A program made the translations under genes and the position numbers. From positions 736,001 to 800,000 of the forward strand of contig CAVRQT010000002.1 in NCBI GenBank assembly GCA_963723515.1: a DNA stretch of 64,000 nucleotides, written 5' to 3'. Shown here piece by piece: positions 19,135-31,781 of the stretch. The DNA comes from Vulcanimicrobiota bacterium. Its GTDB lineage: Bacteria > Vulcanimicrobiota > Vulcanimicrobiia > Vulcanimicrobiales > Vulcanimicrobiaceae. The notes below the pieces were generated by a model that ran no database searches, was not told where the DNA came from, and saw only the letters and a program-made list of their open reading frames with translations. The stretch's first letter is position 1. Each line of letters begins with the position of its first letter.

Positions 19135-20271
19135 TTAATTACCGCCGTTCACGTACTCCCGAGGAATTTCGCTCGGTAAGCGCGTCACAATCTCGTAGTT
19201 GATCGTATCGGCCCACTGGGCCCAATCATCGGCGCTGACCGTTGCCTCGCCGTCGCGCCCGATCAGGGTAACGGTGTCGCCTGCGATCGCTTCCGGCACC
19301 GCCGACACGTCCATCATCGTCATGTTCATGCACACGCGTCCCACGATCGGGCAGCGCGAACCGCGAACGACGAACGCACCCCGGTTGGAAAGGAGCCGCG
19401 GAATGCCTTCGGCATAGCCGACCGGTACGATCCCGATCTTCATCGCATGCGGCGCGTGAAATGTTGTGCCGTATCCAACGGGATCGCCACGTTCCACTTG
19501 ACGGACCTCGACGAGCGAGCTCAAATACGACAGCGCCGGCACTAGCGTCAGATTGCTGCCTTCCATCGCTTCGCGTGTCGCGGGAGAAGGCCAAAGACCG
19601 TACAGCGCAATGCCGACGCGCACCATGTCGAGGCGCGTCTGAGGCCACAGCATGGCGGCGGCCGATGCGGCAATGTGACGAATGGCGCGTGCTTGCTTGG
19701 CGAGCGCATCTTGTACCGGCACAAGTGCACGCTCGAACGTGGCGAGTTGTGTCAATGTGAACGGCGAGTCCAGCTCTTCAGCCGATGCAAGATGCGAGAA
19801 GACGCCCGCCATCTCAATTTCGGATAGGCGAAGGTAATCTTCAATTGCGTCCGCCGCGTCGCGCGGCGCAAGTCCCAGCCGGTTAAGACCGGTGTTGATT
19901 TTGACGTGCACCGGAACGCGTGCGTTGCGTCGCCGAGCCGCCGTAACGACTTCGCGCACGTAGCTTTTCGTATCCCAGAGCGCGATCGCGGCTTTCGCCG
20001 AGACCGCTTTATCCAGGTCGTTGGGCGGCACGGGCCCCATGACGAGAATCGGTTTGTGAATGCCGCTGTGGCGCAGCGCGATCGCTTCATCGACACCATA
20101 GACGCAGAAGCGCGCCGCTTGCGGCTCGATTGCCAGCGCCGTTTCTTCTAGGCCGTGTCCATAGGCGTTCGATTTGATGGCGAAACCGATCGCTGTCGGA
20201 TCGACCAACGCGTGCAACTGACGCGCGTTCTCGCGCAGCGCCGCAACGTCAATTTGCAGTTTCGCCTGCAT
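19135..20271 (-). CDS. alr: alanine racemase
   Basis: IKSNAYGHG, HVKINTGLNRLG, VRVGIALYG, VGYAEG, GRVCMN, TINYE; start MQAKLQ at 20271. Confidence 0.96.
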   Translation of the reverse strand: MQAKLQIDVAALRENARQLHALVDPTAIGFAIKSNAYGHGLEETALAIEPQAARFCVYGVDEAIALRHSGIHKPILVMGPVPPNDLDKAVSAKAAIALWDTKSYVREVVTAARRRNARVPVHVKINTGLNRLGLAPRDAADAIEDYLRLSEIEMAGVFSHLASAEELDSPFTLTQLATFERALVPVQDALAKQARAIRHIAASAAAMLWPQTRLDMVRVGIALYGLWPSPATREAMEGSNLTLVPALSYLSSLVEVRQVERGDPVGYGTTFHAPHAMKIGIVPVGYAEGIPRLLSNRGAFVVRGSRCPIVGRVCMNMTMMDVSAVPEAIAGDTVTLIGRDGEATVSADDWAQWADTINYEIVTRLPSEIPREYVNGGN

Positions 20272-20729
20272 TACGTTGGTTTCGCGCGGCTGACGTAGAT
20301 CGCGACCGGCAGACCAAAGAAGACGCAGTGCGCGACGAGCAAGCTGAGGAAGCCGGTCGCCGTTAAGGGCAACTTCACGCCCGCTGCGAGCTGAACGAAC
20401 TGCATGATGATCATGACGATGAGGCCGTAAACCGGCCCGCTGATGTACGGGTGGTTCGCGATCGCGGCCCGGGTGGCGGCTGTGTAGGCGTATCCAATAC
20501 CCCATGCGATGCTGACGCAGAAGTGGATGAGCAGCCCGAGCCACGGGCTGGCGACTGCGTGGGCAGTAGCCGTCGCGCTGATGGTCGCCCACAGCGCCGT
20601 GATCGGCTGGTGGACCGGCAGCAAGAGCGCTATATAAAGGAAGACGTCGATCAAAATCCCGCCGATGACGCCCGCGCCGACGCCCGCGATAGCGATGCGC
20701 CGCCAGTCGGCCCGAGCCAGAGTTGCCAT
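20271..20729 (-). CDS. 4-TM hypothetical membrane protein
   Basis: Hydrophobic helices with conserved-looking His residues (IHF, AHCVFFG); stop overlaps the alr start. Confidence 0.7.
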   Translation of the reverse strand: MATLARADWRRIAIAGVGAGVIGGILIDVFLYIALLLPVHQPITALWATISATATAHAVASPWLGLLIHFCVSIAWGIGYAYTAATRAAIANHPYISGPVYGLIVMIIMQFVQLAAGVKLPLTATGFLSLLVAHCVFFGLPVAIYVSRAKPT

Positions 20730-20781
20730 CAGGCGCGCCTTTCGACCACGGGGCAGAACCGCCCTAACGCCACCTTGGCCC

Positions 20782-20809
20782 TTGCACTCCCTCGCCACTT
20801 TGCTACTAT
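20782..20809 (+). promoter_or_regulatory. groES promoter
   Basis: TTGCAC-N16-TACTAT with a TG extended -10. Confidence 0.6.
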
Positions 20810-20816
20810 GGCGTGG

Positions 20817-20843
20817 CTGGCACTCTCTAGTTGAGAGTGCCAA
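20817..20843. promoter_or_regulatory. CIRCE element (HrcA operator)
   Basis: CTGGCACTC-N9-GAGTGCCAA upstream of groES. Confidence 0.92.
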
Positions 20844-20879
20844 TTCCCAGCGTTTATGGAAAATTTTGGAGGGTTTTAC

Positions 20880-21185
20880 GTGAATCTGAAGCCTTTGGGC
20901 GATCGCGTGGTCGTCGAGCACGTCGAGCAGGCGGACAAAAGCGCCGGCGGCGTCTTTCTTCCCGACACCGCCAAGGAAAAGCCCCAAGAGGGCATCGTTC
21001 GAGCGGTTGGTTCCGGCCGCACGCTCGACAGCGGCACGAAGCTGCCGATGGATGTGAAGTCCGGCGATCGCATCATCTACTCAAAGTACTCGGGTAGCGA
21101 AGTCAAAGTGGACGGTAAAGAGTACCTCATCATCTCGGAAAAAGACGTCCTCGCAATCGTGGACAAAGTTCCGGCCGGCGTTTAG
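20880..21185 (+). CDS. groES: co-chaperonin GroES
   Basis: [28 protein letters not shown] then GTG. Confidence 0.98.
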   Translation: MNLKPLGDRVVVEHVEQADKSAGGVFLPDTAKEKPQEGIVRAVGSGRTLDSGTKLPMDVKSGDRIIYSKYSGSEVKVDGKEYLIISEKDVLAIVDKVPAGV

Positions 21186-22853
<1,668 letters not shown>

Positions 22854-22860
22854 CGAACTG

Positions 22861-22903
22861 CGTCACCCTGGCCCTGAGCGGCGTCGAAGGGTCGAAGGGC
22901 GAC
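22861..22903 (+). repeat. REP-like palindrome, nested and partly deleted copy
   Basis: CGTCACCCTG-[GCCCTGAGCGGCGTCGAAGG]-GTCGAAGGGCGAC. Confidence 0.8.
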
Positions 22904-22910
22904 CGTAATC

Positions 22911-22939
22911 GAGCCCCGCATTAGTGCGGGGCTCTTTTT
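22911..22939 (+). terminator. intrinsic terminator of groESL
   Basis: GAGCCCCGCA-TTAG-TGCGGGGCTC followed by a T-run. Confidence 0.9.
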
Positions 22940-22968
22940 TACGCCTTTAGGATCGTAGGACGCTAAGA

Positions 22969-23721
22969 TTGCAGATGACGTTCTTGTTACCGCTCGCACT
23001 CACGATTGCAGCCGCCGCATCGCCTGCGCCGTCCCAATACATGACGTTTGCCGGCGTAACGCTCGGCGAAAGCGCGACGCAGCTTGTTGCCCAGATGGGC
23101 GAACCGGTCTCGCGATCGGCGGATGGAAGCGCGTATGTGTATGTTGGGCCAGGCAGCACAAGAGAAGTGGTCCGTCTCTCAGGCGGCGCCGTTCGCGAAA
23201 TCGAGCTGAATGCGCTGCAAAGCGTGGATCCCGGCGCCGGCAGCGCGCCTTCGTTGCTGGGCATCACGGTTCGCGATCCGGAGTCGAAGCTCGACGCACT
23301 TGGGACCGTTGGATTGATCGAAGATCGCCGCGTAGCGAGCGATCGGCTGCGACTGTACCGCTTGGATTCGTCAACCTCCGTGGCATTCGTGACTTCAGCG
23401 AACGTGCAGGGCGTTCGGGCGATGCTCCTAGTTCTTCGCGGCGACGCCGCACCAAGCGATAAAAGTGTGCCGCCTCTGCATGGCGGGACGTCGTTTAACG
23501 ATGCCGTCGTCCTCAAAGCACCGACTGAAGCGCAGGGCGTAATGAGCGAATACGTATGGCTCGCAAGCCATCCCTGCAGCGGCGGAACGTGGAAGCCGAC
23601 AAAGCAATCGTTGGTAAACCACAACGGCAATCCGTACGACGTCCTAAGCGTATCCTGTTCAAACGGTTCCACGAGCCGCGTGGTCTACTTTAACATCGCA
23701 GGCTTTTTCGGTAGCCGCTAA
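22969..23721 (+). CDS. hypothetical secreted protein
   Basis: Signal-peptide-like N-terminus, C-terminal domain with a Cys pair; family not recognised. Confidence 0.65.
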   Translation: MQMTFLLPLALTIAAAASPAPSQYMTFAGVTLGESATQLVAQMGEPVSRSADGSAYVYVGPGSTREVVRLSGGAVREIELNALQSVDPGAGSAPSLLGITVRDPESKLDALGTVGLIEDRRVASDRLRLYRLDSSTSVAFVTSANVQGVRAMLLVLRGDAAPSDKSVPPLHGGTSFNDAVVLKAPTEAQGVMSEYVWLASHPCSGGTWKPTKQSLVNHNGNPYDVLSVSCSNGSTSRVVYFNIAGFFGSR

Positions 23722-23769
23722 CAAACGGTGTCCCGCTTTTCGCGTGATGGTGAAGCGCGGCTGTCCCTG

Positions 23770-23821
23770 TGTCACACTGAGCTAGCCTGTGCTGAGCGAC
23801 GTCGAAGCATCGAAGTGTGAC
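23770..23821 (+). repeat. REP-like palindrome, self-nested copy
   Basis: TGTCACACTGAGC-TA-[GCCTGTGCTGAGCGACGTCGAAGCA]-TCGAAGTGTGAC. Confidence 0.85.
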
Positions 23822-25523
23822 TTTGCAAGTGTGACGCAGCTTACGATGCTCGTTCGGATATCCGCTACTTCGATCAAACCGCGCTCGACGGTGAAGGTGA
23901 CCGTTGCGTCGACCGGCTCACCGCCGGCGCCGGTAACGCGTTGCTTGTCCACGCACTGTTGAGCCCCGAACCTCGCGTGAAACGATCTCCGTGTGGAGCG
24001 CCGGAAACGCATTGAACCGCTTGGCGTAGTACGCTTCAATGTCCGCGCGCGATTGCGTGAGCATCTCACCGTCCCGCACGAGGCGGCGCATGCGGTGCGT
24101 AAAACCCCGCAAAGACGTGCGCGTTGCGAACGTTGAACGCGTTGGCTTGCCGCTGGACGATATCACCGACGCTGTCGCGCGCTAATGCAGCGGCTCGATA
24201 AGCGACGCCGCCCTTGATCACATCGCGAACGGTTGCGATCGCACGAATGTCTTTCGACGGATCTTTCTCCAGAATGGCGAGGTCGGCGAGTTTGCCGGCG
24301 GCGATCGTTCCGAGATCTCGGCTGCGGTTCGTTAGCATCGCGCCGCCTTGCGTCGCCGTCTTCAACACGTCGCGCGGCGACAACCCCGCCTCAACCATCG
24401 CGATCACCTCGTCGTAAAACGATGAGGCGTGCTGCGTGCCGATGTTGCCGGCGTCCGTCCCGGCGGCGATCGGTACTCCGGCGTCATGGACTTTCTTCAG
24501 ATTGCGCATCGCGGCGAGGGGCGGCTCCGGCGCGCGTCTCGCGCGAATCGCCGAGAGCGTTCCGGGCGGCAGCGCCGATTCAATGTCTTGCAGTTGAAAG
24601 AGAGTTTCGACGATATCGGGATTCGCGAGCCGCAGATCGTATTCCGAGAGATGCGGCCTCCCGTGAAATGTATAGCCGTAATTGCCGGCGACGAGCAGCG
24701 TTGGGGTGTAGATAACCTTCCGCGCGCGAAGCAATTCCAAGAACGCGTCATCAACATCGGTGTCGAAAACGCTGTGCGCGAGGATGTCGGCTCCGGATTG
24801 AACGGCAAGTCTTGCGGTTTCGAGCTCCACTGCATGAACGATTACGCGCGCGCCATGACCGTGTGCATGATCGATCGCTGCGCGCGCAACCGGCTCGAAT
24901 GCCTGGGCGGGCTTATCGGGCAGCACGACCCACCAGAGTTTGATGAAATCCGTTTCCTGCGCCAACTGCCGATCAACAAAAGCAGTCGCTTCTGCTGCCG
25001 TATCGATTTTGACGATCGGCGGATCGCCTAACGGATCGAGGATTTCACGCGAAACGCTCGAGAGCAGCGGTCCGGCAACGACGACGCGCGGCGCAATAGC
25101 GGTCCGTTGTGCTCGTGCTCGGACATCATAATTCCAGAACGGTCCTCCGACGTCGGCAACGGAGGTGATGCCGGCACATAGATAGCGCGCAAAGGTGTCG
25201 TCCAAATCGCTCTTAATCCGCGCCAGCTCATCGGTGTACGGGCGAACAGTTCGTAAGTCGATCGTATCCGGACGCGTGTAGAGTCCGCCGGACTGAAAGA
25301 AGTGAACGTGCGCGTCGCACAAGCCGGGGATCGTATACGTATGACGTGCATCGATGCGGAAGGCGTTCCCCGGAATCTGGAGGGTGTTGCCGCGGCCGAC
25401 CGACGCAATGCGATCGCCTTTGATTAAGATCGTCGCATCCGAAAGCGGTTGCAGATCATTGCTGACCAGCGCTGTCGTGTGCTCGATGGCCGTCCACTCG
25501 TGATCCGCATTCAAACCAAACAC
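23782..25523 (-). CDS. metal-dependent amidohydrolase with a C-terminal SnoaL/NTF2-like domain (two apparent frameshifts near 24085 and 23960)
   Basis: PGLCDAHVH, AGTDAG, GKLADL; then VQRQANAFN...YYAKRF...VDKQRVTG across shifted frames. Confidence 0.8.
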
Positions 25524-25654
25524 ATCGCGGCACCGTTCGCCTTCGCATCGGCGACTTCATAGGAAGTGCTGAAACGTCCTCGAACGACGTGGCGCACCGT
25601 ATGGCTTGATGCATCACATGGTCAGCGCTACCCGACGTTTTGCACTGCGGGAGA

Positions 25655-26902
25655 TTGCCTCAAGAACCGATAGCGCGCCGTAGCGCACGTTCTCTCTTAA
25701 GAGATCGCGACTTCGTCGCGTACTTTGTCGCGCGGCAATGTGCGATCGCCGCCTTCGGCATTGAATCCGCTGCAATCGCGTGGCAAATCTGGCTGCTGCG
25801 GCGTTCCGCTTTCGATCTTGGCCTGATTGGCTTGCTGTTGTTCGTTCCGGCCCTGGCGCTGGCATTGCCGGCGGGGTACCTGGCGGACCGCTTCAATCGA
25901 AAAACGGTGTCTGCCCTTGGAGCAGCCGTCGAAATGCTGGCGCTGCTGATCTTTGTGGCGCTGTCCCTTTCGCATACGCGTTCGGTCACGATCTACTTTG
26001 CGGCGGTATTTCTGGTCGGCATCGCGCATGCGACCGGTGTTGCCGCAGAGCGATCGCTCTTGACGAACATCGTTGCGTCCGGTTCGTTTGTGCGCGCGAC
26101 GTCGCTCTCGCAATCCGCGAATCAGATCATTACGGTTTTTGCGCCTGCGGTCGCCGGCGTATTGATCTCCGTAAGCTCGAGCGTTGCGTTTGCGTGCGCC
26201 GCCGCACTGTACGGCATCGCGGCCGTCGCGTTTTCCCTCTTGCGTGCGACCTCGACGGATCAGAAAGATCGTCTAACCTGGCGCTCCTCGCTCGAAGGCG
26301 TCCGTTATATCTGGCGCGAGCGCACGATCCTCGCCGCGATTTCCCTCGATCTCTTCGCCGTACTCTTTGGGGGCGCCGTTGCGTTGCTGCCGATCTACGC
26401 AACGCAGATTCTACACGTCGGACCAACCGGCTTCGGCGCCTTGCGCGCCGCGTCGGGCGTTGGTGCGGCGCTGGTGGCGGTCGCTATCGCTCGCCGCCCG
26501 CTCAAACGCCGTCTTGGATTGCTGCTGTTTTGGTGCGTCGCCGGATTTGGTATCGCGACGGTCCTCTTCGGCGTTTCGAAAATTTTCTGGCTATCACTCG
26601 TGATGCTGGCGCTCGCGGGCGGATTCGATATGGTCAGCATGGTCGTTCGCAATGTCGTGGTGCAGTTGGGCACTCCGAACAATATGCGTGGCAGGGTCAG
26701 TTCGGTAGAAAACGTTTTCATCGGCGCGTCTAACGAACTGGGCGCCTTTGAATCGGGAGCCTTGGCTGCTTGGCTGGGCGCTGAAGCATCGGTCGTCATC
26801 GGCGGCTTCGGGACGCTGCTCGTCATCGTACTCTGGGCTTACTTCTTTCCGCAACTGCGCCGCTACGATGCGCCGGCGCAGCAGTTATCTTGCGCTCCTT
26901 GA
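25655..26902 (+). CDS. MFS transporter (H+ antiporter/EntS-like)
   Basis: GYLADRFNRK motif A, LDLFAVLFGGA.ALLP, MRGRV, SNELGAFESG; start uncertain. Confidence 0.9.
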   Translation: MPQEPIARRSARSLLRDRDFVAYFVARQCAIAAFGIESAAIAWQIWLLRRSAFDLGLIGLLLFVPALALALPAGYLADRFNRKTVSALGAAVEMLALLIFVALSLSHTRSVTIYFAAVFLVGIAHATGVAAERSLLTNIVASGSFVRATSLSQSANQIITVFAPAVAGVLISVSSSVAFACAAALYGIAAVAFSLLRATSTDQKDRLTWRSSLEGVRYIWRERTILAAISLDLFAVLFGGAVALLPIYATQILHVGPTGFGALRAASGVGAALVAVAIARRPLKRRLGLLLFWCVAGFGIATVLFGVSKIFWLSLVMLALAGGFDMVSMVVRNVVVQLGTPNNMRGRVSSVENVFIGASNELGAFESGALAAWLGAEASVVIGGFGTLLVIVLWAYFFPQLRRYDAPAQQLSCAP

Positions 26903-26963
26903 AGAATCAACAACCAGCCGCTTTTCCCACTGAAGGGAGCGGTTGCGTGATGTGCTGGAGCGT

Positions 26964-29900
26964 ATGCAAATGTTGCGATCGAATCGATGGTATGTCGCAA
27001 TCCTGGTTCTCGCATTTGCCGTGCAATGGTGTCCCGCTGCCTTTGCCGGAACGACCGGAGCGCTATCGGGCTACGTCCGGGATGTAGCGACCGGTGCTGC
27101 GATCGTCGGTGCGACGGTTACGTCAACGAGCCCCTCGCAGACGGCGTCCACAACGACGGACCAAGGCGGACATTTTGTTTTTCTTTCGCTTGCGCCGGAC
27201 ACGTACACATTAACCGCACAAGCGAACGGCTACGAGCGTTTGAGCGTCAATGGTTATGCCGTCTTTGCGGACCAAACGCAAAACGTGCAAATGACGCTCC
27301 GCAAGACCTTACGGGAAATCGGCTCCGTGACGTCGCGATCGTCGCTCAATCCCGTAAAGCCGGGAACGACGACCGATGTGTACTCCGTCAATCCATCGCT
27401 TTCCGCAGCCGCTTCGCCGATCGGCGGTGGAGGCGGCCTCAACAATGCATATTCCGCGATCGCGTCAATGCCGGGTTCATTTGTGCCACCCGGGCAGATC
27501 GGCGTCAACCAGTCGGTGTACATCCGCGGCGGATTTTACGATCAGATTGGTTACGAATACGATGGCGTCCCGGTGAACCGGTCGTTCGACAATTATCCCG
27601 GCCACTCGGCGGCCTCGCTCGGACAGCAAGAGTTGGAAATCTTCACCGGCGGCGGTGGCGTCGCGACGAGTGCGACGGGCTTGGCCGGCTTCATCAATCA
27701 AGTGATCAAGACGGGCACATATCCCGGCACCGGTAACTTTTCGACGCGAGTCGGCGCGCCGACGTTCTACCACGATTTCCTTGCGGAAGCCGGTGGAGCA
27801 ACGCCCGATCACATGTTTTCGTACTACTTAGGTTTTGACGGCTACAATCAGCAGTTTCGCTATTTCGATCAGAACAACGGCGCCGGATTGATGAACGAAT
27901 TCCCATACACGATCGGGCCCTCAAACCTGACGACGAACCTGCACTTCTATCCCGCCGTTTATCCGAATTGCATCGGCGGCGGAGCGACCGATCCATTTGC
28001 GAGCGGGGCGATACCCTCTCCGCCGTTCTTTAATGATCCCGGCTGCTTCTCAGCGATGAGCCCGGTTTATAGTAGCGTCAGCGGCATCGCGGGTCGCGAG
28101 TTCGTATCCAACTTCCACGTCGGCATTCCGCACAAGCGCGATTCGGGCCGCGATGACGTGCAGCTGCTCTACACGTCATCGGCACAGTACCGTCAATTCT
28201 ATAGCGGCGTGAACGACGCCGGGCAGGCGCTGGTCAACAGCCTGGTGCAAAACGGCGACATCGATCCGCCGCACTGGCCGGATTATGTTACCTTTCCCTC
28301 CGGCACCGGCTTCTTGGCGCCCGCGGGCAACACGCCGATCGTTCCATACTACTTTCCGGGTTCACCGACACAGCGCTGTGCGAATCAATCCTTGAGCTTC
28401 ACAACGCCTTTACCGGCGCCGTTCTGTCCCGTCGACGCGAACGGCAACGAAGCGTGGTCGGCGTTCCCGAACGACTACCGCGACGCGCGTTGGGATACCG
28501 CGAGCGTTGCGAAACTTCAATACCAGCACAACATCGGAAGCAACGCCTACTTAAGATTACTCGGGTACACGTTTTACTCGAACACAAATCGGAGCGGCGC
28601 AGCGCGGCGCGGCATCGGCAGCGGCTTCGGTGCGACGAACTACGATTATGAGGTCGACTCGCACACGCGCGGAGCCGAACTCCAGTTCGCCGACCAGCTC
28701 AACGAACACCATCAACTCACGGGAACGCTGAACTACGTGACGGCGACGACCGTGCGCGTCAACAACTTCAATTATTTCAACACGCCGGGGCAGCAAGTCA
28801 GCAATCTCACAAATGGCCTGCAATGTTTTGCTTACCGTTCCGGCACGCTGGATAACGGCATCGACCTCGTCAATGCCGGAGATCCCGCGCCGTGCAACGA
28901 CTCCAGCACGCAAGGGACCTTTGATTCACCGGTTCCCGGACTCTCGAATCCTTGCACGCTTGGACCGACGACGCCGGCCTGCCGTGCGCATGCACAGTGG
29001 GGTATCACTTATACCGGCAATCAAGGGCCACTCAATACCGTCCGTCCGACGTTTACTTCGCTCGCGCTCAACGACGACTGGCGCCCAAACGATCGTCTCG
29101 ATATCAACCTTGGATTGCGAGAAGACCGCTTCCAATTCGATCTCGCGAACACCGATACGCCCGGCAAGAATTTCTGGTTTACCGCAGCCCAGCAAGAGTT
29201 TTGCTACAACCCGGTGACACTGCAGCCGGTGTTTGTACCGCAGCCGCCGCAAGATTTCAGCTTGCAGATTCCATACGTCACCTTTACGTGTCCGATCGAT
29301 TATTCGTCCGGCTCACCGGTGCAAACGGTCCATCCCGACGGCTTGAACGGCCACGTTTTGCTTTCGAACGAGTACAGTCACCAAATCGTTCAGAACGTCT
29401 TTCAGCCGCGCTTAGGGGCGACGTACACGGTGAATCCTGATACCGTCTTCCGCTTTTCCGCGGGCCGCTACGTTCAGCAGCCGCAGAATTATGAAATTCA
29501 GTACAACAGTTTGGAAGAGAATTTAGCGGCGCAACTGATCGGGTTCTTCCCGTACGGATTCTTCACGCCGCGTCACGATCCGCAGCCGCAAATCTCGGAC
29601 AACTATGACTTCTCCTACGAGCGCCATTTCAAAGGCACTGACATGGCGATGAAGCTGACGCCGTACTATCGTTATGCATCCGGACAGCTCTACGGAATTT
29701 CGGCGGCCGGTTCATCCGCATCGATTAACACCGGCATCCAATCGAACGTCGGCGTGGAGCTCCAGTTCACGAAAGGCGACTTTAACCGCAACGGGCTCTC
29801 CGGGATTTTCTCTTACACGTATCTGAACTCAAAGGAGAAGTGGGCGAACTTTGCGGGCACCAATCGCAATCCGGTCGACATCTTCAATGACTACATCACG

Positions 29901-30740
29901 GAATACAACGCGCTCACGCAGGCGAACGGCGGCGCTCGCTGCTACGACTACAATCCGAATGCGGGCACCGCACCGGGAGTGAATCCCGTGATTCCGGATC
30001 CAAAATGTTTGGGCAGCGGCGGATATCCCGCGGTTCTCAACCCGTATTACACGAATGCGCCGCAGCCGCTCTTCGATCGCAACGGCTGGTATGACAGCGG
30101 GTTAGATGTGCCTTGGACCTCGCCGAACGTCTTCGCGCTCGTGATGAACTACCGCCACAATAAATTTGCGATCACGCCCGCGATTACGCTCAACGAAGGC
30201 ACGTCGTACGGCGCGCCGAGCGACGTCATCGGCGTCGATCCGCGCACCTGCAAGAGCAATCTTGCAGCCTCCGGCTTCGCGACTGGAAATCCGCTTTCGG
30301 CAGACTACACGTCATGCAAAGCGGCCGCGACGCCATCGGGCAATCTCTACATTCCAAATCCCGAAACCGGTCATTTCGATGGCTTCGGCGAGTTTCGTCA
30401 ACCCTGGCAGCTCAATGCCGGCTTGCAACTCACCTATGACTTCACGGACAAGATCCGCGGAAATTTGATGTTCACGAACATCTTGAACCGCTGCTTCGGC
30501 GGTTCCAGCACTCCGTGGACGCAAGCCTATCCGCCAAACTCCCAAGTCTGCGGCTACCTCGCAAACACGTTTTACATTGCGAATTTCTACAACGGCAGCG
30601 GTCCGAACGACGTCGTCGCCAACGGCGTGCCACTGAACCCGTATTTTGCCCACTCTTTCGTGCCGGCATACGGTGATGCGAGCTCGTTCAACTTCCCGAT
30701 TCCGTTGAACGTGTACTTTCAGCTGCAAGTCAAACTCTAA
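26964..30740 (+). CDS. TonB-dependent-receptor-like outer membrane protein with an N-terminal carboxypeptidase-regulatory-like domain
   Basis: Signal peptide, GALSGYVRD...LAPDTYTL, YIRGG plug, QPRLGATY, C-terminal beta strand VYFQLQVKL. Confidence 0.85.
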   Translation: MQMLRSNRWYVAILVLAFAVQWCPAAFAGTTGALSGYVRDVATGAAIVGATVTSTSPSQTASTTTDQGGHFVFLSLAPDTYTLTAQANGYERLSVNGYAVFADQTQNVQMTLRKTLREIGSVTSRSSLNPVKPGTTTDVYSVNPSLSAAASPIGGGGGLNNAYSAIASMPGSFVPPGQIGVNQSVYIRGGFYDQIGYEYDGVPVNRSFDNYPGHSAASLGQQELEIFTGGGGVATSATGLAGFINQVIKTGTYPGTGNFSTRVGAPTFYHDFLAEAGGATPDHMFSYYLGFDGYNQQFRYFDQNNGAGLMNEFPYTIGPSNLTTNLHFYPAVYPNCIGGGATDPFASGAIPSPPFFNDPGCFSAMSPVYSSVSGIAGREFVSNFHVGIPHKRDSGRDDVQLLYTSSAQYRQFYSGVNDAGQALVNSLVQNGDIDPPHWPDYVTFPSGTGFLAPAGNTPIVPYYFPGSPTQRCANQSLSFTTPLPAPFCPVDANGNEAWSAFPNDYRDARWDTASVAKLQYQHNIGSNAYLRLLGYTFYSNTNRSGAARRGIGSGFGATNYDYEVDSHTRGAELQFADQLNEHHQLTGTLNYVTATTVRVNNFNYFNTPGQQVSNLTNGLQCFAYRSGTLDNGIDLVNAGDPAPCNDSSTQGTFDSPVPGLSNPCTLGPTTPACRAHAQWGITYTGNQGPLNTVRPTFTSLALNDDWRPNDRLDINLGLREDRFQFDLANTDTPGKNFWFTAAQQEFCYNPVTLQPVFVPQPPQDFSLQIPYVTFTCPIDYSSGSPVQTVHPDGLNGHVLLSNEYSHQIVQNVFQPRLGATYTVNPDTVFRFSAGRYVQQPQNYEIQYNSLEENLAAQLIGFFPYGFFTPRHDPQPQISDNYDFSYERHFKGTDMAMKLTPYYRYASGQLYGISAAGSSASINTGIQSNVGVELQFTKGDFNRNGLSGIFSYTYLNSKEKWANFAGTNRNPVDIFNDYITEYNALTQANGGARCYDYNPNAGTAPGVNPVIPDPKCLGSGGYPAVLNPYYTNAPQPLFDRNGWYDSGLDVPWTSPNVFALVMNYRHNKFAITPAITLNEGTSYGAPSDVIGVDPRTCKSNLAASGFATGNPLSADYTSCKAAATPSGNLYIPNPETGHFDGFGEFRQPWQLNAGLQLTYDFTDKIRGNLMFTNILNRCFGGSSTPWTQAYPPNSQVCGYLANTFYIANFYNGSGPNDVVANGVPLNPYFAHSFVPAYGDASSFNFPIPLNVYFQLQVKL

Positions 30741-30742
30741 AC

Positions 30743-31781
30743 GTGAAGGCGGCTGCCGCTTTCTTATTCGCGGCAGCGTGCTGCGTTGCAGCGAGCGTGA
30801 CCGACGCCGGACCGCAATGCCGCTCGACGACGTTTGCGCCGGCCGGGCGTTACGTTCATAGTGCCGCGCTGAGCGGCCCGGGTCTGCTGCTCGCGGGAAG
30901 CGGCGGTTTGACGATGCCGCGGAGCGCATTAGCATGGACGCATGCGCGGCTCGGTTTCGGCAAGGCGCGTGGTGGGAATGTCGTGGTCCTTCGCGCGAGC
31001 GGCGACAACGAATACGATCGGCCGTTCTATCGTGCCGGGAAGTTCGCATCCGTGCGAACGGTCATGATTCCGCCGTGCGCATCGCGAGCCGTCGTCAATA
31101 GCGCTGCACGATACGTCAACGCTGCCGATGCGGTCTATTTCTCCGGCGGCGATCAGTCGAAATATGCGGCTTGGAACGGAACGCAATTGATGGCGGCTGT
31201 CAAGGCGCTCTATGCGCGCGGCGGCGTTGTCGGCGGCGGCAGCGCGGGCCTCGCGATACAGGGCGCGGTCGTCTACGATGCGATTGCGGCAGACAAATAC
31301 AACAACGACACGCACACCGCAGACGCCGTCAAGTATCCGCTCGAGCGACGCATCAGCTTCACGACTGGTCTCTTCGCCTGGCCCGCGCTCGCGCGAACGA
31401 TTACGGATACGCATTTCGTCGCGCGCAATCGTTTTGGACGACTGGCCGTCTTCTTAGCGCGGATATTGCACGATCGTCTGCTGTCGCCCGGCGGAAGCGT
31501 CTACGGCCTCGGCGTCGATCAAGAGAGCGCCGTCGTTGTCGACCCTGATGGTATGGCAACGGTGCTCAACACGGGAAAAGGTCGCGGCGCTTACCTTCTT
31601 CGCGCGCCGGCGAATTCGGGCCGGCACGCTGAGGGGGCCGATCCGCTTTACCGTCGTTGTATCGCACATGGCGCGCAATGGCGAATCGTTCGATTTGCTG
31701 GACAAGCGCACGCACGAGCCGTGGTACCCGGTGACGGTGAACGGCGCGGGTTCTCAGATCTACAGTCGGACTCCGTATTAG
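30743..31781 (+). CDS. secreted cyanophycinase-like peptidase S51 (frameshift near 31620)
   Basis: YFSGGDQSKY, GGGSAG nucleophile, DTHFVARNRFGRL, GVDQ; signal-like N-terminus. Confidence 0.85.
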
